This document shows positions 1 to 9,226 of a DNA stretch of 64,000 nt, piece after piece; positions within the stretch are counted from its first letter, which is position 1; every line of letters begins with the position of its first letter. Source of the DNA: Polyangiaceae bacterium (GTDB lineage Bacteria; Myxococcota_A; Polyangia; Polyangiales; Polyangiaceae). The stretch lies in NCBI GenBank assembly GCA_050287085.1, contig JBNKBE010000021.1:32001-96000 (forward strand), in the 5' to 3' direction. Below the pieces are notes generated by a model. That model was not told the origin of the DNA. It ran no database searches and saw only the letters and a program-made list of their open reading frames with translations. Position numbers and translations under genes: made by a program.

Positions 1-170
1 TTGGACGCGTCGTTGGTCAGGAGAAAGACGTCTTTGCCGGTCTGGCGCAGCCACACCAGGAGATCGAGCGCTTGGGGCAAAACGCCGCTGGAGGTCTTGA
101 GGACGCCGAAGGCGTCAAAGAAGACCGTCTGGTAGTCGGTGGCGATCTCGGCGAACGAACTCAGCTTCAT
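1..170 (-). CDS. HAD-IIA family hydrolase (NagD-like), N-terminal part; runs off the window edge
   Basis: Manual translation MKLSSFAEIATDYQTVFFDAFGVLKTSSGVLPQALDLLVWLRQTGKDVFLLTNDAS shows motif I (FDAFGVL) and motif II (LTNDAS). Confidence 0.8.
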   Translation of the reverse strand, partial: MKLSSFAEIATDYQTVFFDAFGVLKTSSGVLPQALDLLVWLRQTGKDVFLLTNDAS

Positions 171-555
171 GATGGGGCGCTCATGGGCACAGCGGATTGG
201 GGCTTTGAATCAAGACCCTCCAGGGCGCGCCAGGGGGGCCGGGGGAGGACGGCCTGGGAGTCAGGGGTCTGGGTCGAGCCATCGCCGCGCCGAAATTCGA
301 ATCTTACCCGGTTGCGGGCGCCGCGTCACCACCCACGGCTGACCTCACGCGCCGGGGGGCCCGCGGGCTTTCAGCCACTACTTCCAGGTGCGACTTCAGG
401 CCCAAGCGGGAGCGAGAAGACTATTAATTCCACCAGGTAACGTGTACGACACGCAGCCGAAACACGCGGCTCGCTACAGCGCGTCGCACGGCTGTGGCCG
501 TGGCGCGCGAGCGTGCGCTCGCACCAACAAGAGACGGTTTATTTAAGGAGAGACA

Positions 556-1968
556 ATGACGACTTCTGCGGATGTTCTGAAGCTTATCTCGGATAAGGGC
601 GTGAAGTACGTGGATCTGCGCTTCGTGGACACGAAGGGCAAAGAGCAGCACGTAACCGTTCCGGCGTCGGAGGTGGGCGCGGGCTTCTTCGAGAACGGCA
701 AGATGTTCGACGGCTCGTCGATCGCTGGTTGGAAGCCCATCAACGAGTCCGACATGATTCTCATGCCGGATGCCGATACGGCCATCATGGACATCTTCAT
801 GAAGGATCCGACCCTCATTCTACGCTGCGACATCGTCGAGCCGAGTGATATGTCGGGCTACAGCCGTGACCCGCGCTCCATTGCGAAGCGCGCCCTCGCT
901 TACCTGACCAGCACGGGTATCGCCGATTCGGCCATCTTTGGGCCTGAGAACGAGTTCTTCGTTTTCGACAGCGTCACCTTCGAAAACAAGATGGGCGCGG
1001 CCAGCTACGCCGTCGAGTCTTCGGAAGCTGCATGGTCGTCGGCCATCAGGTACGAAGGGGGCAACTCCGGTCATCGTCCGGGCGTCAAGGGCGGCTACTT
1101 CCCCGTGCCGCCCGTCGACTCCCTGCAGGATATCCGCAGCGAGATGTGCAACGCCCTGGAGAAGATGGGCCTGGTCGTTGAGGTTCACCACCACGAGGTG
1201 GCCACTGCAGGTCAGTGCGAGATCGGCGTGGGTGGCAACAAGCTCGTCAGCAAGGCTGACGAGGTGCTCATGCTCAAGTACGTCGTGTGGCAGGTAGCAG
1301 CCCAATACGGCAAGACCGCGACCTTCATGCCGAAGCCCCTGGTCGGCGACAACGGCAGCGGCATGCACGTGCATCAGTCGCTTTCGAAGGACGGCAAGAA
1401 CATCATGTCGGGCGACGTGTACGCGGGCCTGTCACAGGAAGCGCTCTGGTACACGGGAGGCATCATCAAGCACGCCCGCGCGCTGAACGCCTTCACCAAT
1501 CCGTCGACCAACAGCTACAAGCGCTTGGTCCCCGGGTTTGAGGCTCCCACGATTCTCACCTATTCGGCACGCAACCGCTCGGCATCGATTCGTATCCCAT
1601 GGGTATCGAGCCCCAAGGCGGCGCGTATTGAGGTTCGCTTCCCGGATTCTACTGCCAATCCTTACCTAGCTTTCTCGGCGATGATGATGGCTGGGCTGGA
1701 TGGTATTCAGAACAAGATCGATCCGGGCAAGGCGATGGATCAAGATCTGTACGAGCTGTCGCCTGCAGAAGAGGCCAAGCTCAAGACGGTCGCTCCCTCG
1801 TTGGACGTGGCGCTGGCTGCGCTGGCCGCTGACAACGACTTCCTGAAGAAGGGTGACGTGTTCAACTCCGACATGATCGACGCCTACATCGAGCTGAAGA
1901 TGGAAGAGGTCACCAAGCTCCGCATGTCGACGCATCCGATCGAGTTCGATCAGTACTACAGCCTCTGA
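556..1968 (+). CDS. glnA: Glutamine synthetase type I (GSI-beta)
   Basis: [37 protein letters not shown] and RIEVRFPD motifs; adenylylation-site DLYEL; SD AAGGAG. Confidence 0.98.
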   Translation: MTTSADVLKLISDKGVKYVDLRFVDTKGKEQHVTVPASEVGAGFFENGKMFDGSSIAGWKPINESDMILMPDADTAIMDIFMKDPTLILRCDIVEPSDMSGYSRDPRSIAKRALAYLTSTGIADSAIFGPENEFFVFDSVTFENKMGAASYAVESSEAAWSSAIRYEGGNSGHRPGVKGGYFPVPPVDSLQDIRSEMCNALEKMGLVVEVHHHEVATAGQCEIGVGGNKLVSKADEVLMLKYVVWQVAAQYGKTATFMPKPLVGDNGSGMHVHQSLSKDGKNIMSGDVYAGLSQEALWYTGGIIKHARALNAFTNPSTNSYKRLVPGFEAPTILTYSARNRSASIRIPWVSSPKAARIEVRFPDSTANPYLAFSAMMMAGLDGIQNKIDPGKAMDQDLYELSPAEEAKLKTVAPSLDVALAALAADNDFLKKGDVFNSDMIDAYIELKMEEVTKLRMSTHPIEFDQYYSL

Positions 1969-2006
1969 GCTAGCTCGGACGGCAGATACTGAAATATTCT
2001 GCCCTT

Positions 2007-2047
2007 AAAAGAACAGGAGTCACCGGATGGTGGCTCCTGTTTCTTTT
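2007..2047 (+). terminator. Intrinsic terminator after glnA, possibly bidirectional
   Basis: ACAGGAGTCACC-GGAT-GGTGGCTCCTGT stem followed by TTCTTTT and preceded by AAAAGA. Confidence 0.85.
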
Positions 2048-2421
2048 GTGGGGGTCTCAAAATCTTTCTCGGACTCTGTAGCAAAGGTGGAGTGAAGCCA
2101 GGGGGTGCCGCATGGGTTGGCCGTTGCGCGGTGGTCGTTGAGCGCGCCGTTCACCTGGGTCGCATCACGTCGGCGACTGAGCGTGCAACTCTAGAATACC
2201 AGTAGAAAATATGCCTGTTCCCGCTCTGCGGGGAGGCGGCGTACCCCCATGACCGGCGCACAGCCCAGGAATGTTCACCTGAAGACCAGTGTGTTCCGTT
2301 GTCGCACACTGTGAACAGCTGCGGTGCGCCTTCAGTACCGTCGGGTGACGGCCATGCTCGTCCTGGCTAGTTCTGGCATGACTTTTTCGACAATTTCGAC
2401 TCAAACGGGTTATGCGTTGTC

Positions 2422-2976
2422 GTGATACCAACTTCCTCGGAGAGAAGTGAATTGACTGAAACACTCGACAAATTGGTGCGTGGTACGAGAGATAAGCTAG
2501 GGCTGACGCAACAGCAGCTTGCCAAAGCCACGAAGACAACGGTTTCTCGGATATCACGTATCGAGCGTGGCTCTGAATTGCTTGGATTTCCCAAGTCGGC
2601 ACGCTTGGCCAAGTGCTTGAAGCTGGACCACACAAAGATCGTAGCCTCCATTCTTCAGTCGCTGCTGGAGCGAGCCGAGTTGGGGTATGAGGTTAAGCTG
2701 CTAAAGGTCGGTCGCAAGCGTCCTCGCTGCGGCGAAGAGGTGGCTCGTCTGCGGTACGCATCGGAGCTGAGTGTGCGTCAACTGGCCAAGATCGCCGGCA
2801 TGCTTCCGTCGCGCGTAGCCAAAGTTGAAAATGACGCGACTCTAGTTCTTCAGCCCGGTACGGCGGCGCGTTTCGCCGAAGCGCTCGGTGTTGAGCCGCC
2901 GGTGCTTGTGGAACTCGCCCTCACTGATTTGCTCCACAAGCACAAGCTCACGCAGCATCGGGTCAAACTGAAGTAG
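2422..2976 (+). CDS. Tandem XRE-family helix-turn-helix protein (two HTH domains)
   Basis: Two HTH_3-like segments: RDKLGLTQQQLAKATKTTVSRISRIERG and RYASELSVRQLAKIAGMLPSRVAKVEND. Confidence 0.75.
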   Translation: MIPTSSERSELTETLDKLVRGTRDKLGLTQQQLAKATKTTVSRISRIERGSELLGFPKSARLAKCLKLDHTKIVASILQSLLERAELGYEVKLLKVGRKRPRCGEEVARLRYASELSVRQLAKIAGMLPSRVAKVENDATLVLQPGTAARFAEALGVEPPVLVELALTDLLHKHKLTQHRVKLK

Positions 2977-3026
2977 CCGTCCACCGGACCACCAGGAGTG
3001 GAGCTAGGGGTACACGGGGTGTTGCT

Positions 3027-4163
3027 CTAGGCCGTGGCGCAGCTTGAACGGCTCGCAAGGGCTTCGAGTCTGGCCTCGTGAGTACGTCCCAAGCCCGCGA
3101 GCAACGTCGAGACGACTTCGTGGAACTCAGGACGACCTTGCAGGGCGGCGCGGGCCCGCTCTAGCGCGGCTAGCGCAGTTCGCGGATGGTCCAATGCTGC
3201 GGCTTGGCGGGCGAACTCCAGCGCGACCTCGGGCTCCCCAGGGGCCTGCAACTGAGCTCCAGCCCAATGGGCGTAGGCCGCGTCAGGGTCGACCGTCTCC
3301 AGGCATAGCGCCAGGGTGCAACGAACGTCGATGGAGCGCGGGAAATCTCGCGACGCCTCATCGCATAGGGCATGTGCGGCAGACAGCTCCCCGTTCAGGA
3401 GGGCGAGCTGTGCAAGTAGGCTAGACGCTCTTGGATGGCGGTGGTGCTTGTCGAGCAGTGCAAGCAGGAGGCCAGCGGCGCGGGTAGCGTTGCCCTCTCC
3501 AATCGCTCGCTCCGCGGCCAGAATCTCTTCTTCGTCCTGGGATTGGGGCGGCTGCTGGTCGCCGCGGACTGCCTCGACGATGGCGCACCCTGCGGGGCTC
3601 TGAACGCTGCGCTGCAAAGCGAAGCCCGCTCCTTCAATCAGGTACGCCAATTCGTCGGCAGTTCGACTTCGGACAATGGGAGGTAGCAGCGGCTGCCCAA
3701 GGATCTGGGGTTCCACCACGACGAGCAACGTCCCAGGCCTGACGTGTCGAAACAGGCTGTCCAGGAGTTTTCTTGGAATCAGCTGAAAGCTGAGGACGTC
3801 GACCAGGGTGACGACGGTTGGCTCGAAGGCTCTTGCCGCTTCCAGCGGAGAGGCTACGACATTCAGTTCTGGATACCACACGCTGGTCACCTGGCGGGCC
3901 TCGGCCTCCGCTTCGATGCCGAGAGCCGGGCAGTGCTCCGCCAGCAGCGCAAGGCCCTCACCTGAGCCGCAGCCGACATCCCAAACACGGTCTGCCGGAG
4001 TCAAGCGCTTGGCGATCGCCCGATAGTACGCGAGGTTCGAAGGCGCAAGTCCGCTCAGATGCGGATCCCGTCGGCCACGGGTGCGGCGTAGAGGCACGAT
4101 CGCAGAGCCGTGGTGGAGCGTCGTCTCCCCGTTGATGGCAGTGTGATATCGCGGACGGGTCAT
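3027..4163 (-). CDS. Class I SAM-dependent methyltransferase with C-terminal TPR-like repeats
   Basis: VWDVGCGSGEG motif I; helical Ala/Leu-rich TPR-like C-terminal half; ATG 8 nt after the fliS stop. Confidence 0.75.
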   Translation of the reverse strand: MTRPRYHTAINGETTLHHGSAIVPLRRTRGRRDPHLSGLAPSNLAYYRAIAKRLTPADRVWDVGCGSGEGLALLAEHCPALGIEAEAEARQVTSVWYPELNVVASPLEAARAFEPTVVTLVDVLSFQLIPRKLLDSLFRHVRPGTLLVVVEPQILGQPLLPPIVRSRTADELAYLIEGAGFALQRSVQSPAGCAIVEAVRGDQQPPQSQDEEEILAAERAIGEGNATRAAGLLLALLDKHHRHPRASSLLAQLALLNGELSAAHALCDEASRDFPRSIDVRCTLALCLETVDPDAAYAHWAGAQLQAPGEPEVALEFARQAAALDHPRTALAALERARAALQGRPEFHEVVSTLLAGLGRTHEARLEALASRSSCATA

Positions 4164-4171
4164 CGACTCAT

Positions 4172-4573
4172 TCAGGCAGACGGTGGTTTGGAGGCCTCGA
4201 TCACCGCTTGTGGAACGGCTTGAGCCCAAGCTTCGCGCAGGGGTGTTAGGACGCGGATCACCTCTTCGATATAGGCGGCGTTCGCGTCGCGATTGGCTTC
4301 AGTAAGCCGTGTCATGGCAAAGTCGTAGACGCTGGCCAAGTTGGCGCATAGATCCGGATTTACCTTGTAGTCTAGAGCCAGGTACAACTCGGATACGACG
4401 GCGTGGGCTTTACATATTAGCTCTCGTCCGCGAGGCTTCTGGTTGTTTTCCAGGCATAGTCGGGCGCCATTGAGGAAACGAAAGAGACCGTCGTAAAGGG
4501 CAAGCAGGAGCTCGCCCGGTGTGAGGGTGTTCTGCTGGACCTGTTTGTAGCGCTGGACTGCGTTGGGGAGCAT
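4172..4573 (-). CDS. fliS: Flagellin export chaperone FliS
   Basis: YKQVQQNTLTPGELLLALYDG, NLASVYDF and LREAW motifs; follows fliD. Confidence 0.93.
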   Translation of the reverse strand: MLPNAVQRYKQVQQNTLTPGELLLALYDGLFRFLNGARLCLENNQKPRGRELICKAHAVVSELYLALDYKVNPDLCANLASVYDFAMTRLTEANRDANAAYIEEVIRVLTPLREAWAQAVPQAVIEASKPPSA

Positions 4574-4628
4574 GGTTCTTGGTTCGAACTAGTTCGCAAA
4601 TGAAGCGCGGGACGATGTGATGTCGTTC

Positions 4629-5984
4629 TCAGCGGGTGAGATAGGACAATTGGGAGTTGTAGGCAGCGACGGTTCCGTCCATTTCGGTGAAGGTCTTGCG
4701 CAAGCGTTCTTCGAGCCGTGTGAGGCGATCTTCCTCGCGCGTTAGTTGGTCGCCAAGCGAACTCGCTCGGCTATCAAGGCCGTCCTTGCGAACACTGAGG
4801 ATGCCCGTGTCGGGTGCGTTCAGCGACTTTGCGATGTCTCGAATGAGGTCCATGATGCCGTCGGCGTCATCACCTCCGGCCAGCACTCTAGGTACCGCAT
4901 TCGGATCGGTTGCCAAGGCGTCGTCCAGCTTGGTCCTGTCCAGCTTCAACGTGCCGTTGTTGTTGAGCTGAACACCCAGCGAGGCGAGGGTGTTGAAGCG
5001 ATCGCCGCCGAATGTGGCCGTCAACTTGCGACTGAGCTGATTGGTAATGCCTCGGAGCGTTGCGTCGCCGGTAAGAAACGGGTTGGTGCCCGCCTTCTCA
5101 CCGAATCCGGCCAGCGTATGAACCTTGTCGATGACGCCGTTGTAGGCCTTCACAAACGCATCCAGCTTGTCTCCCATTGCGGAAGAGTCGTTCTCGATGC
5201 TGACTTGAAAGGAGTCGCTTGTCTCCTTTAGAAGATTGAGTGTTACGCCGGAAATGGCGCTGGTGATCTTGTTGGTGGCACTCGTGACCTCGATGCCGTC
5301 GATCTCGACCAAGGCATTCTGCGCGGAGTGTACGATATTCGCTTGCTCGTTGAGACCGAGGGTGAGTCCGTTCTGGTCTACCGTCAGCTTGTTGTCTGCG
5401 CCGACGTCGAGTCCACGAAGCTGAATTCGGTACTGCTCGCCGTCGAAGAAGGACGAAGCCTGAACTCGTAGCCCGCTGTCATTGATCTTGCCAATGATGC
5501 TGCCAAGCGTGTCTTCGGGGTTGATCTCGATGGCGGCGGTAGCCGCTCCAACGAGGATATTGCCCTCAGGATCCTGCAGGTCCCCGGTGCCGATCTGCAA
5601 CGTTAGGGTACCGTTTTGCCCCAGCGCGCCGTTGGCACTGTCGAAGGCTTGAGAATAGCGGCGCTCGGCGCGCGCCAGCTGCGCGACGCGCACGTCGTAG
5701 CTGCCAGCCTGCGCACCTCCCGCGGCGGTTATCGTCAGTGAGTCTTCGTTGGCAGATGTGGCCTTGAAGCTACCTACTTTGGCTTCAGTGTCGAGGGCGC
5801 CTGCGGCCTTCTCGAGATCGGCCAGCAGGGTGCCCACCTCCGACAGTGACGTAACAGCGGCCCGCGCGGACGCCTGGCGGCTCTGCAGACGACTCAGAGG
5901 CTGGCGTGCTACGCCAACGAGGCCCTGGATGAGCCCCTCAACGTCCATTCCTGAACCGATTCCTCCAAATGTGACTGCGGGCAT
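4629..5984 (-). CDS. fliD: Flagellar filament cap FliD
   Basis: N-terminal FGGIGSGMDVEGLI, AQNALVEIDG, FVKAYN, C-terminal FTEMD...NSQLSYL. Confidence 0.95.
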   Translation of the reverse strand: MPAVTFGGIGSGMDVEGLIQGLVGVARQPLSRLQSRQASARAAVTSLSEVGTLLADLEKAAGALDTEAKVGSFKATSANEDSLTITAAGGAQAGSYDVRVAQLARAERRYSQAFDSANGALGQNGTLTLQIGTGDLQDPEGNILVGAATAAIEINPEDTLGSIIGKINDSGLRVQASSFFDGEQYRIQLRGLDVGADNKLTVDQNGLTLGLNEQANIVHSAQNALVEIDGIEVTSATNKITSAISGVTLNLLKETSDSFQVSIENDSSAMGDKLDAFVKAYNGVIDKVHTLAGFGEKAGTNPFLTGDATLRGITNQLSRKLTATFGGDRFNTLASLGVQLNNNGTLKLDRTKLDDALATDPNAVPRVLAGGDDADGIMDLIRDIAKSLNAPDTGILSVRKDGLDSRASSLGDQLTREEDRLTRLEERLRKTFTEMDGTVAAYNSQLSYLTR

Positions 5985-6043
5985 AATCTTAGTAGTTCCC
6001 GACGGCGGACAACCGTCGGGAAGTCTCGACTCTCAAGGGTGGT

Positions 6044-6059
6044 TGCAATTACTTTGCCA
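6044..6059 (-). promoter_or_regulatory. sigma54 -24/-12 promoter of fliD-fliS
   Basis: TGGCAAAGTAATTGCA matches the sigma54 consensus, ~60 nt upstream of the ATG. Confidence 0.8.
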
Positions 6060-6129
6060 ATAGGTGTCTACCTCAGGCGCGGACGAGTGAAAGGTGGAGG
6101 GCGGGTCGGACGCGCTTAGCGCCGCCTCG

Positions 6130-6957
6130 CTACTGAAGCAGGCTGGCTGCGAGTTGCGGAAGTTGGTTTGCTTGCGTCAAAATTGAGACACCTGCTTGCG
6201 TCAAAACCTGATTGCGGGACATGGCGGCCGTTTCATCGGCAACGTCCACATCGCGAATCCGAGAGTTCGCAGCGGACATGCTAAGGCGCATGGTTTGGAT
6301 GTTGCTCGAGGCGACTTCGAGTCGGTTCATCACCGCGCCAAAGTTGGAACGGGTGGTAGACACCTTCATAATGGCATCGTCGATTACGGAAAGCGCTCCC
6401 AAGGCATTGTCGCTGGTAGCGCCGTCTACGGCCACAGTGCTGACGACCGTCGCTAGGTCGAGGTCGCCGAAATCGACGGTGATTTGATCGGAGGGGTCGT
6501 CGTTGAGCCCGACCTGGAATGTGATACTCGACTGATCGGTGTTGATCAGCTCTTTCCCGTTGAACTTGGCGGAGTTCTGAATTCGAGTGATCTCTTCTTG
6601 GAGAAGTCCGAACTCGGTCTGAACGAAGGAGCGATCTTGCTCGGTGAAACTCCCATTGGCGGCCTGCATGGCCAGCTCTCGCATACGCCCCAGTACTCCG
6701 TGGACTTCTGACAAGGCGCCTTCTGCCGTCTGCGCCATGGATATGGCGTCCGCTGCGTTGCGCTCGGCAACGGAATAGGACCGAATCTGTGACTTCAGGC
6801 CTTCGCTGATGGCAAGTCCAGCTGCATCGTCTGCAGCGGAGTTGATGCGGAAGCCACTTGATAGCTTGTCGAAACTCTTACTGAGCGCTGCCTGGTTTAC
6901 GTGCAGGTTCTTCTGGGCCTGCATGGATGGGATGTTGGTCTGTACGTTCAGTGCCAT
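6130..6957 (-). CDS. fliC: Flagellin 1 (275 aa, no large outer domain)
   Basis: LSSGFRINSAADDAAGLAISE, RMRELAMQAANG, SRIRDVDVA, QANQLPQ; likely start MALNVQTN after SD GGAG. Confidence 0.97.
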   Translation of the reverse strand: MALNVQTNIPSMQAQKNLHVNQAALSKSFDKLSSGFRINSAADDAAGLAISEGLKSQIRSYSVAERNAADAISMAQTAEGALSEVHGVLGRMRELAMQAANGSFTEQDRSFVQTEFGLLQEEITRIQNSAKFNGKELINTDQSSITFQVGLNDDPSDQITVDFGDLDLATVVSTVAVDGATSDNALGALSVIDDAIMKVSTTRSNFGAVMNRLEVASSNIQTMRLSMSAANSRIRDVDVADETAAMSRNQVLTQAGVSILTQANQLPQLAASLLQ

Positions 6958-6962
6958 AGATG

Positions 6963-7006
6963 CTCCGTCCTTGGAGAGAGTAATTCGCCCCCGTCCTTGG
7001 GGCGAA
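6963..7006 (-). promoter_or_regulatory. Two CsrA-binding hairpins in the flagellin 1 leader
   Basis: CAAGGACG occurs twice with GGA in hairpin loops (TTCGCCCC/GGGGCGAA and CTCC/GGAG); the second overlaps the SD. Confidence 0.8.
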
Positions 7007-7035
7007 GAGCGTCGGACTTGACGCTTCGACTTTCG

Positions 7036-7062
7036 GGAACGGCACTTTGAACACCGCCTTGA
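7036..7062 (-). promoter_or_regulatory. Putative sigma28 promoter of flagellin 1
   Basis: TCAA-N15-GCCGTTCC. Confidence 0.6.
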
Positions 7063-7153
7063 GAAGAATCTGACGGTGCGTCTGGCGGAGCATTGCGGAC
7101 ACACTACGCTGATCGGGCAAGCGTAGGCATCCTAGTCGGTTGGGTGGGCCGCT

Positions 7154-7981
7154 CTAGCCGAGGAGGCCAAAAGCGAGCTGTGGCAGCTGGTTGGACTGCG
7201 CCAGAACGGAGATGCCGGCTTGCGTCAGCACTTGATTGCGTGACAATGAGGCGGTCTCTTCCGCAACGTCAACGTCGCGGATGCGGGAGTTTGCGGCCGA
7301 GAGGTTGAGACGCATGGTCTGGATGTTGCTCGATGCAACTTCCAGTCGGTTCATGACCGCCCCGAACTTAGAGCGGGCCGTCGATACGTCCGAGATGGCG
7401 GTATCGATCGCATCCAGCGAACTCAGCGCATTGGTCGCTTCCGCTCCACCGACCTCGATGGTGTCGGTGACACCGCTCAGGTCTACGCCGCCCAATTCGA
7501 TTTCAATCTGATCGTTTGCATCGTTGTTGAGACCCACTTGCAACGTCAGCGTCTCGGCGTCGGTGGCCACCAGCGAGCGATTGTTGAACTTGGCAGAGCC
7601 CTGAATGCGCGATATCTCCGACTGAAGCGACGAAAATTCTGTCTGAAGAAACCCTCTGTCCGTCTCGTTGAGACTGCCGTTTGCGGACTGGACTGCAAGC
7701 TCGCGCATGCGCCCTAGAATATCGTGCACTTCGCCGAGCGCACCTTCCGCTGTTTGCGCCATTGAGATGCCGTCCGACGCGTTGCGTTCCGCCACCGAAA
7801 ATGAACGGATCTGGGACTTCATGCTTTCGCTGATGGCGAGTCCCGCCGCGTCGTCGGCGGCCGTGTTGATGCGATAGCCGCTGGAGAGCTTGTTGAAGCT
7901 CTTCATCAGCCTTGCTTGGCTGGAGCCCAGGTTCTTCTGAGCTTCCATCGAAGCAGTGTTGGTTCTAATGAATAGCGCCAT
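7154..7981 (-). CDS. fliC: Flagellin 2 (275 aa)
   Basis: LSSGYRINTAADDAAGLAISE, RMRELAVQSANG, SRIRDVDVA; likely start MALFIRTN. Confidence 0.97.
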   Translation of the reverse strand: MALFIRTNTASMEAQKNLGSSQARLMKSFNKLSSGYRINTAADDAAGLAISESMKSQIRSFSVAERNASDGISMAQTAEGALGEVHDILGRMRELAVQSANGSLNETDRGFLQTEFSSLQSEISRIQGSAKFNNRSLVATDAETLTLQVGLNNDANDQIEIELGGVDLSGVTDTIEVGGAEATNALSSLDAIDTAISDVSTARSKFGAVMNRLEVASSNIQTMRLNLSAANSRIRDVDVAEETASLSRNQVLTQAGISVLAQSNQLPQLAFGLLG

Positions 7982-8036
7982 ACTTCCTTCCGTGGAATGA
8001 GTAGACCAAATGAGAGCGTCAATGCCCTCACTCCCA

Positions 8037-8063
8037 CGAACGGAGCAAGCAGAACGGGCTTGA
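8037..8063 (-). promoter_or_regulatory. Putative sigma28 promoter of flagellin 2
   Basis: TCAA-N15-TCCGTTCG, same geometry as the flagellin 1 and flgM sites. Confidence 0.55.
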
Positions 8064-8395
8064 GCAAAAATCGCCACACCCTCGGGGTTGACCTGTTGGG
8101 TCAAGCGGTCGCGCTGACAAGAGAAGTCAGGCGCGGGGGAACGGCGTAGTGCGCGCTAGCGAGACGGTGTGATGCGACTTCACACCTATGGTACCGGAAC
8201 TCCCTGGTGGGAGCTCCAAACCGTAGATCGGGTAATCTCGGGTTACGGAAGGGAAGTAGCGCGGGATCGGGTAGTGCGCTGGGCCAGTGGCCTTCCGTAT
8301 CCAGGGGTAACGGTTCGGGGCTCCACTTCTGAAGCGAAAAGCTCGGCCGCGGCGGGGGGGGGCACGCGCGCCAGAACGGCGCGGCCCAACCTGGA

Positions 8396-9226
8396 TCATT
8401 GCAGCAGGTTGAGGGCCAGCTGAGGCAGTTGGTTGGACTGCGACAACACGCTCACACCGGCTTGCGATAGTACTTGGTTGCGCGCCAGCATTGCGGTTTC
8501 CTCGGCCACGTCCACGTCGCGTATGCGGGAGTTCGCTGCGGCCAGGTTCAGGCGCATCGTAGCGATCGAGGAGGTGGTGATCTCGAGCCGGTTCATCGCA
8601 GCACCGTACTTGGCTCGCTCGGTCGAGAGCACCTGCATCGAGGCGTCGATGACATCCAACGCCGCGAGGGCTGCGTCAGTGTTGTCTCCGGCGACGGTGT
8701 TTGCGTCGTCGAGGACGGCAGTTAAACCAAAGCCGCCGAAAGTGACTTGTAGTTGGTCCGACGAGGTGTTGTATAGGCCGACCTGGAAGGTGATCGTTTC
8801 GACGATTGAGTCCAGCAGCTCTTTGCCATTGAAGCGCGCGGAGCCCTGAATGCGAGCAACTTCTTGCTTGAGGGCCTGATACTCGGTGTCTAGATACCCG
8901 CGGTCGATTTCGGTCAAGCTACCGTTCGCTCCTTGCATCGCCAGCTCTCGCATGCGGCCCATGATCGACTGCACTTCGCTCAGGGCGCCTTCTGCCGTCT
9001 GCACCATACTGATTGCGTCATTCGCGTTTCTCTCGGCCACCGTGTAGGAGCGAATCTGGGTCATCATGCTTTCGCTGATGGCAAGTCCCGCCGCGTCGTC
9101 GGCAGCGGTATTGATGCGGAACCCGCTCGATAGTCGATTGAAGCTCTTCTGGAGTGACTGGTTGGCTTTGGTGAGGTTCTTCTGAGCCTCTAAGGAGGGC
9201 AGATTGGTGCGAATCAGCAGCGGCAT
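8396..9226 (-). CDS. fliC: Flagellin 3 (276 aa)
   Basis: LSSGFRINTAADDAAGLAISE, SRIRDVDVA; start MPLLIRTN overlaps the maf 3' end by 13 nt. Confidence 0.96.
   Translation of the reverse strand: MPLLIRTNLPSLEAQKNLTKANQSLQKSFNRLSSGFRINTAADDAAGLAISESMMTQIRSYTVAERNANDAISMVQTAEGALSEVQSIMGRMRELAMQGANGSLTEIDRGYLDTEYQALKQEVARIQGSARFNGKELLDSIVETITFQVGLYNTSSDQLQVTFGGFGLTAVLDDANTVAGDNTDAALAALDVIDASMQVLSTERAKYGAAMNRLEITTSSIATMRLNLAAANSRIRDVDVAEETAMLARNQVLSQAGVSVLSQSNQLPQLALNLLQ

Noticed and set aside
2374..2389. sigma54-like TGGCATGACTTTTTCG upstream of the XRE gene
   Set aside because: It lacks the required GC at -12
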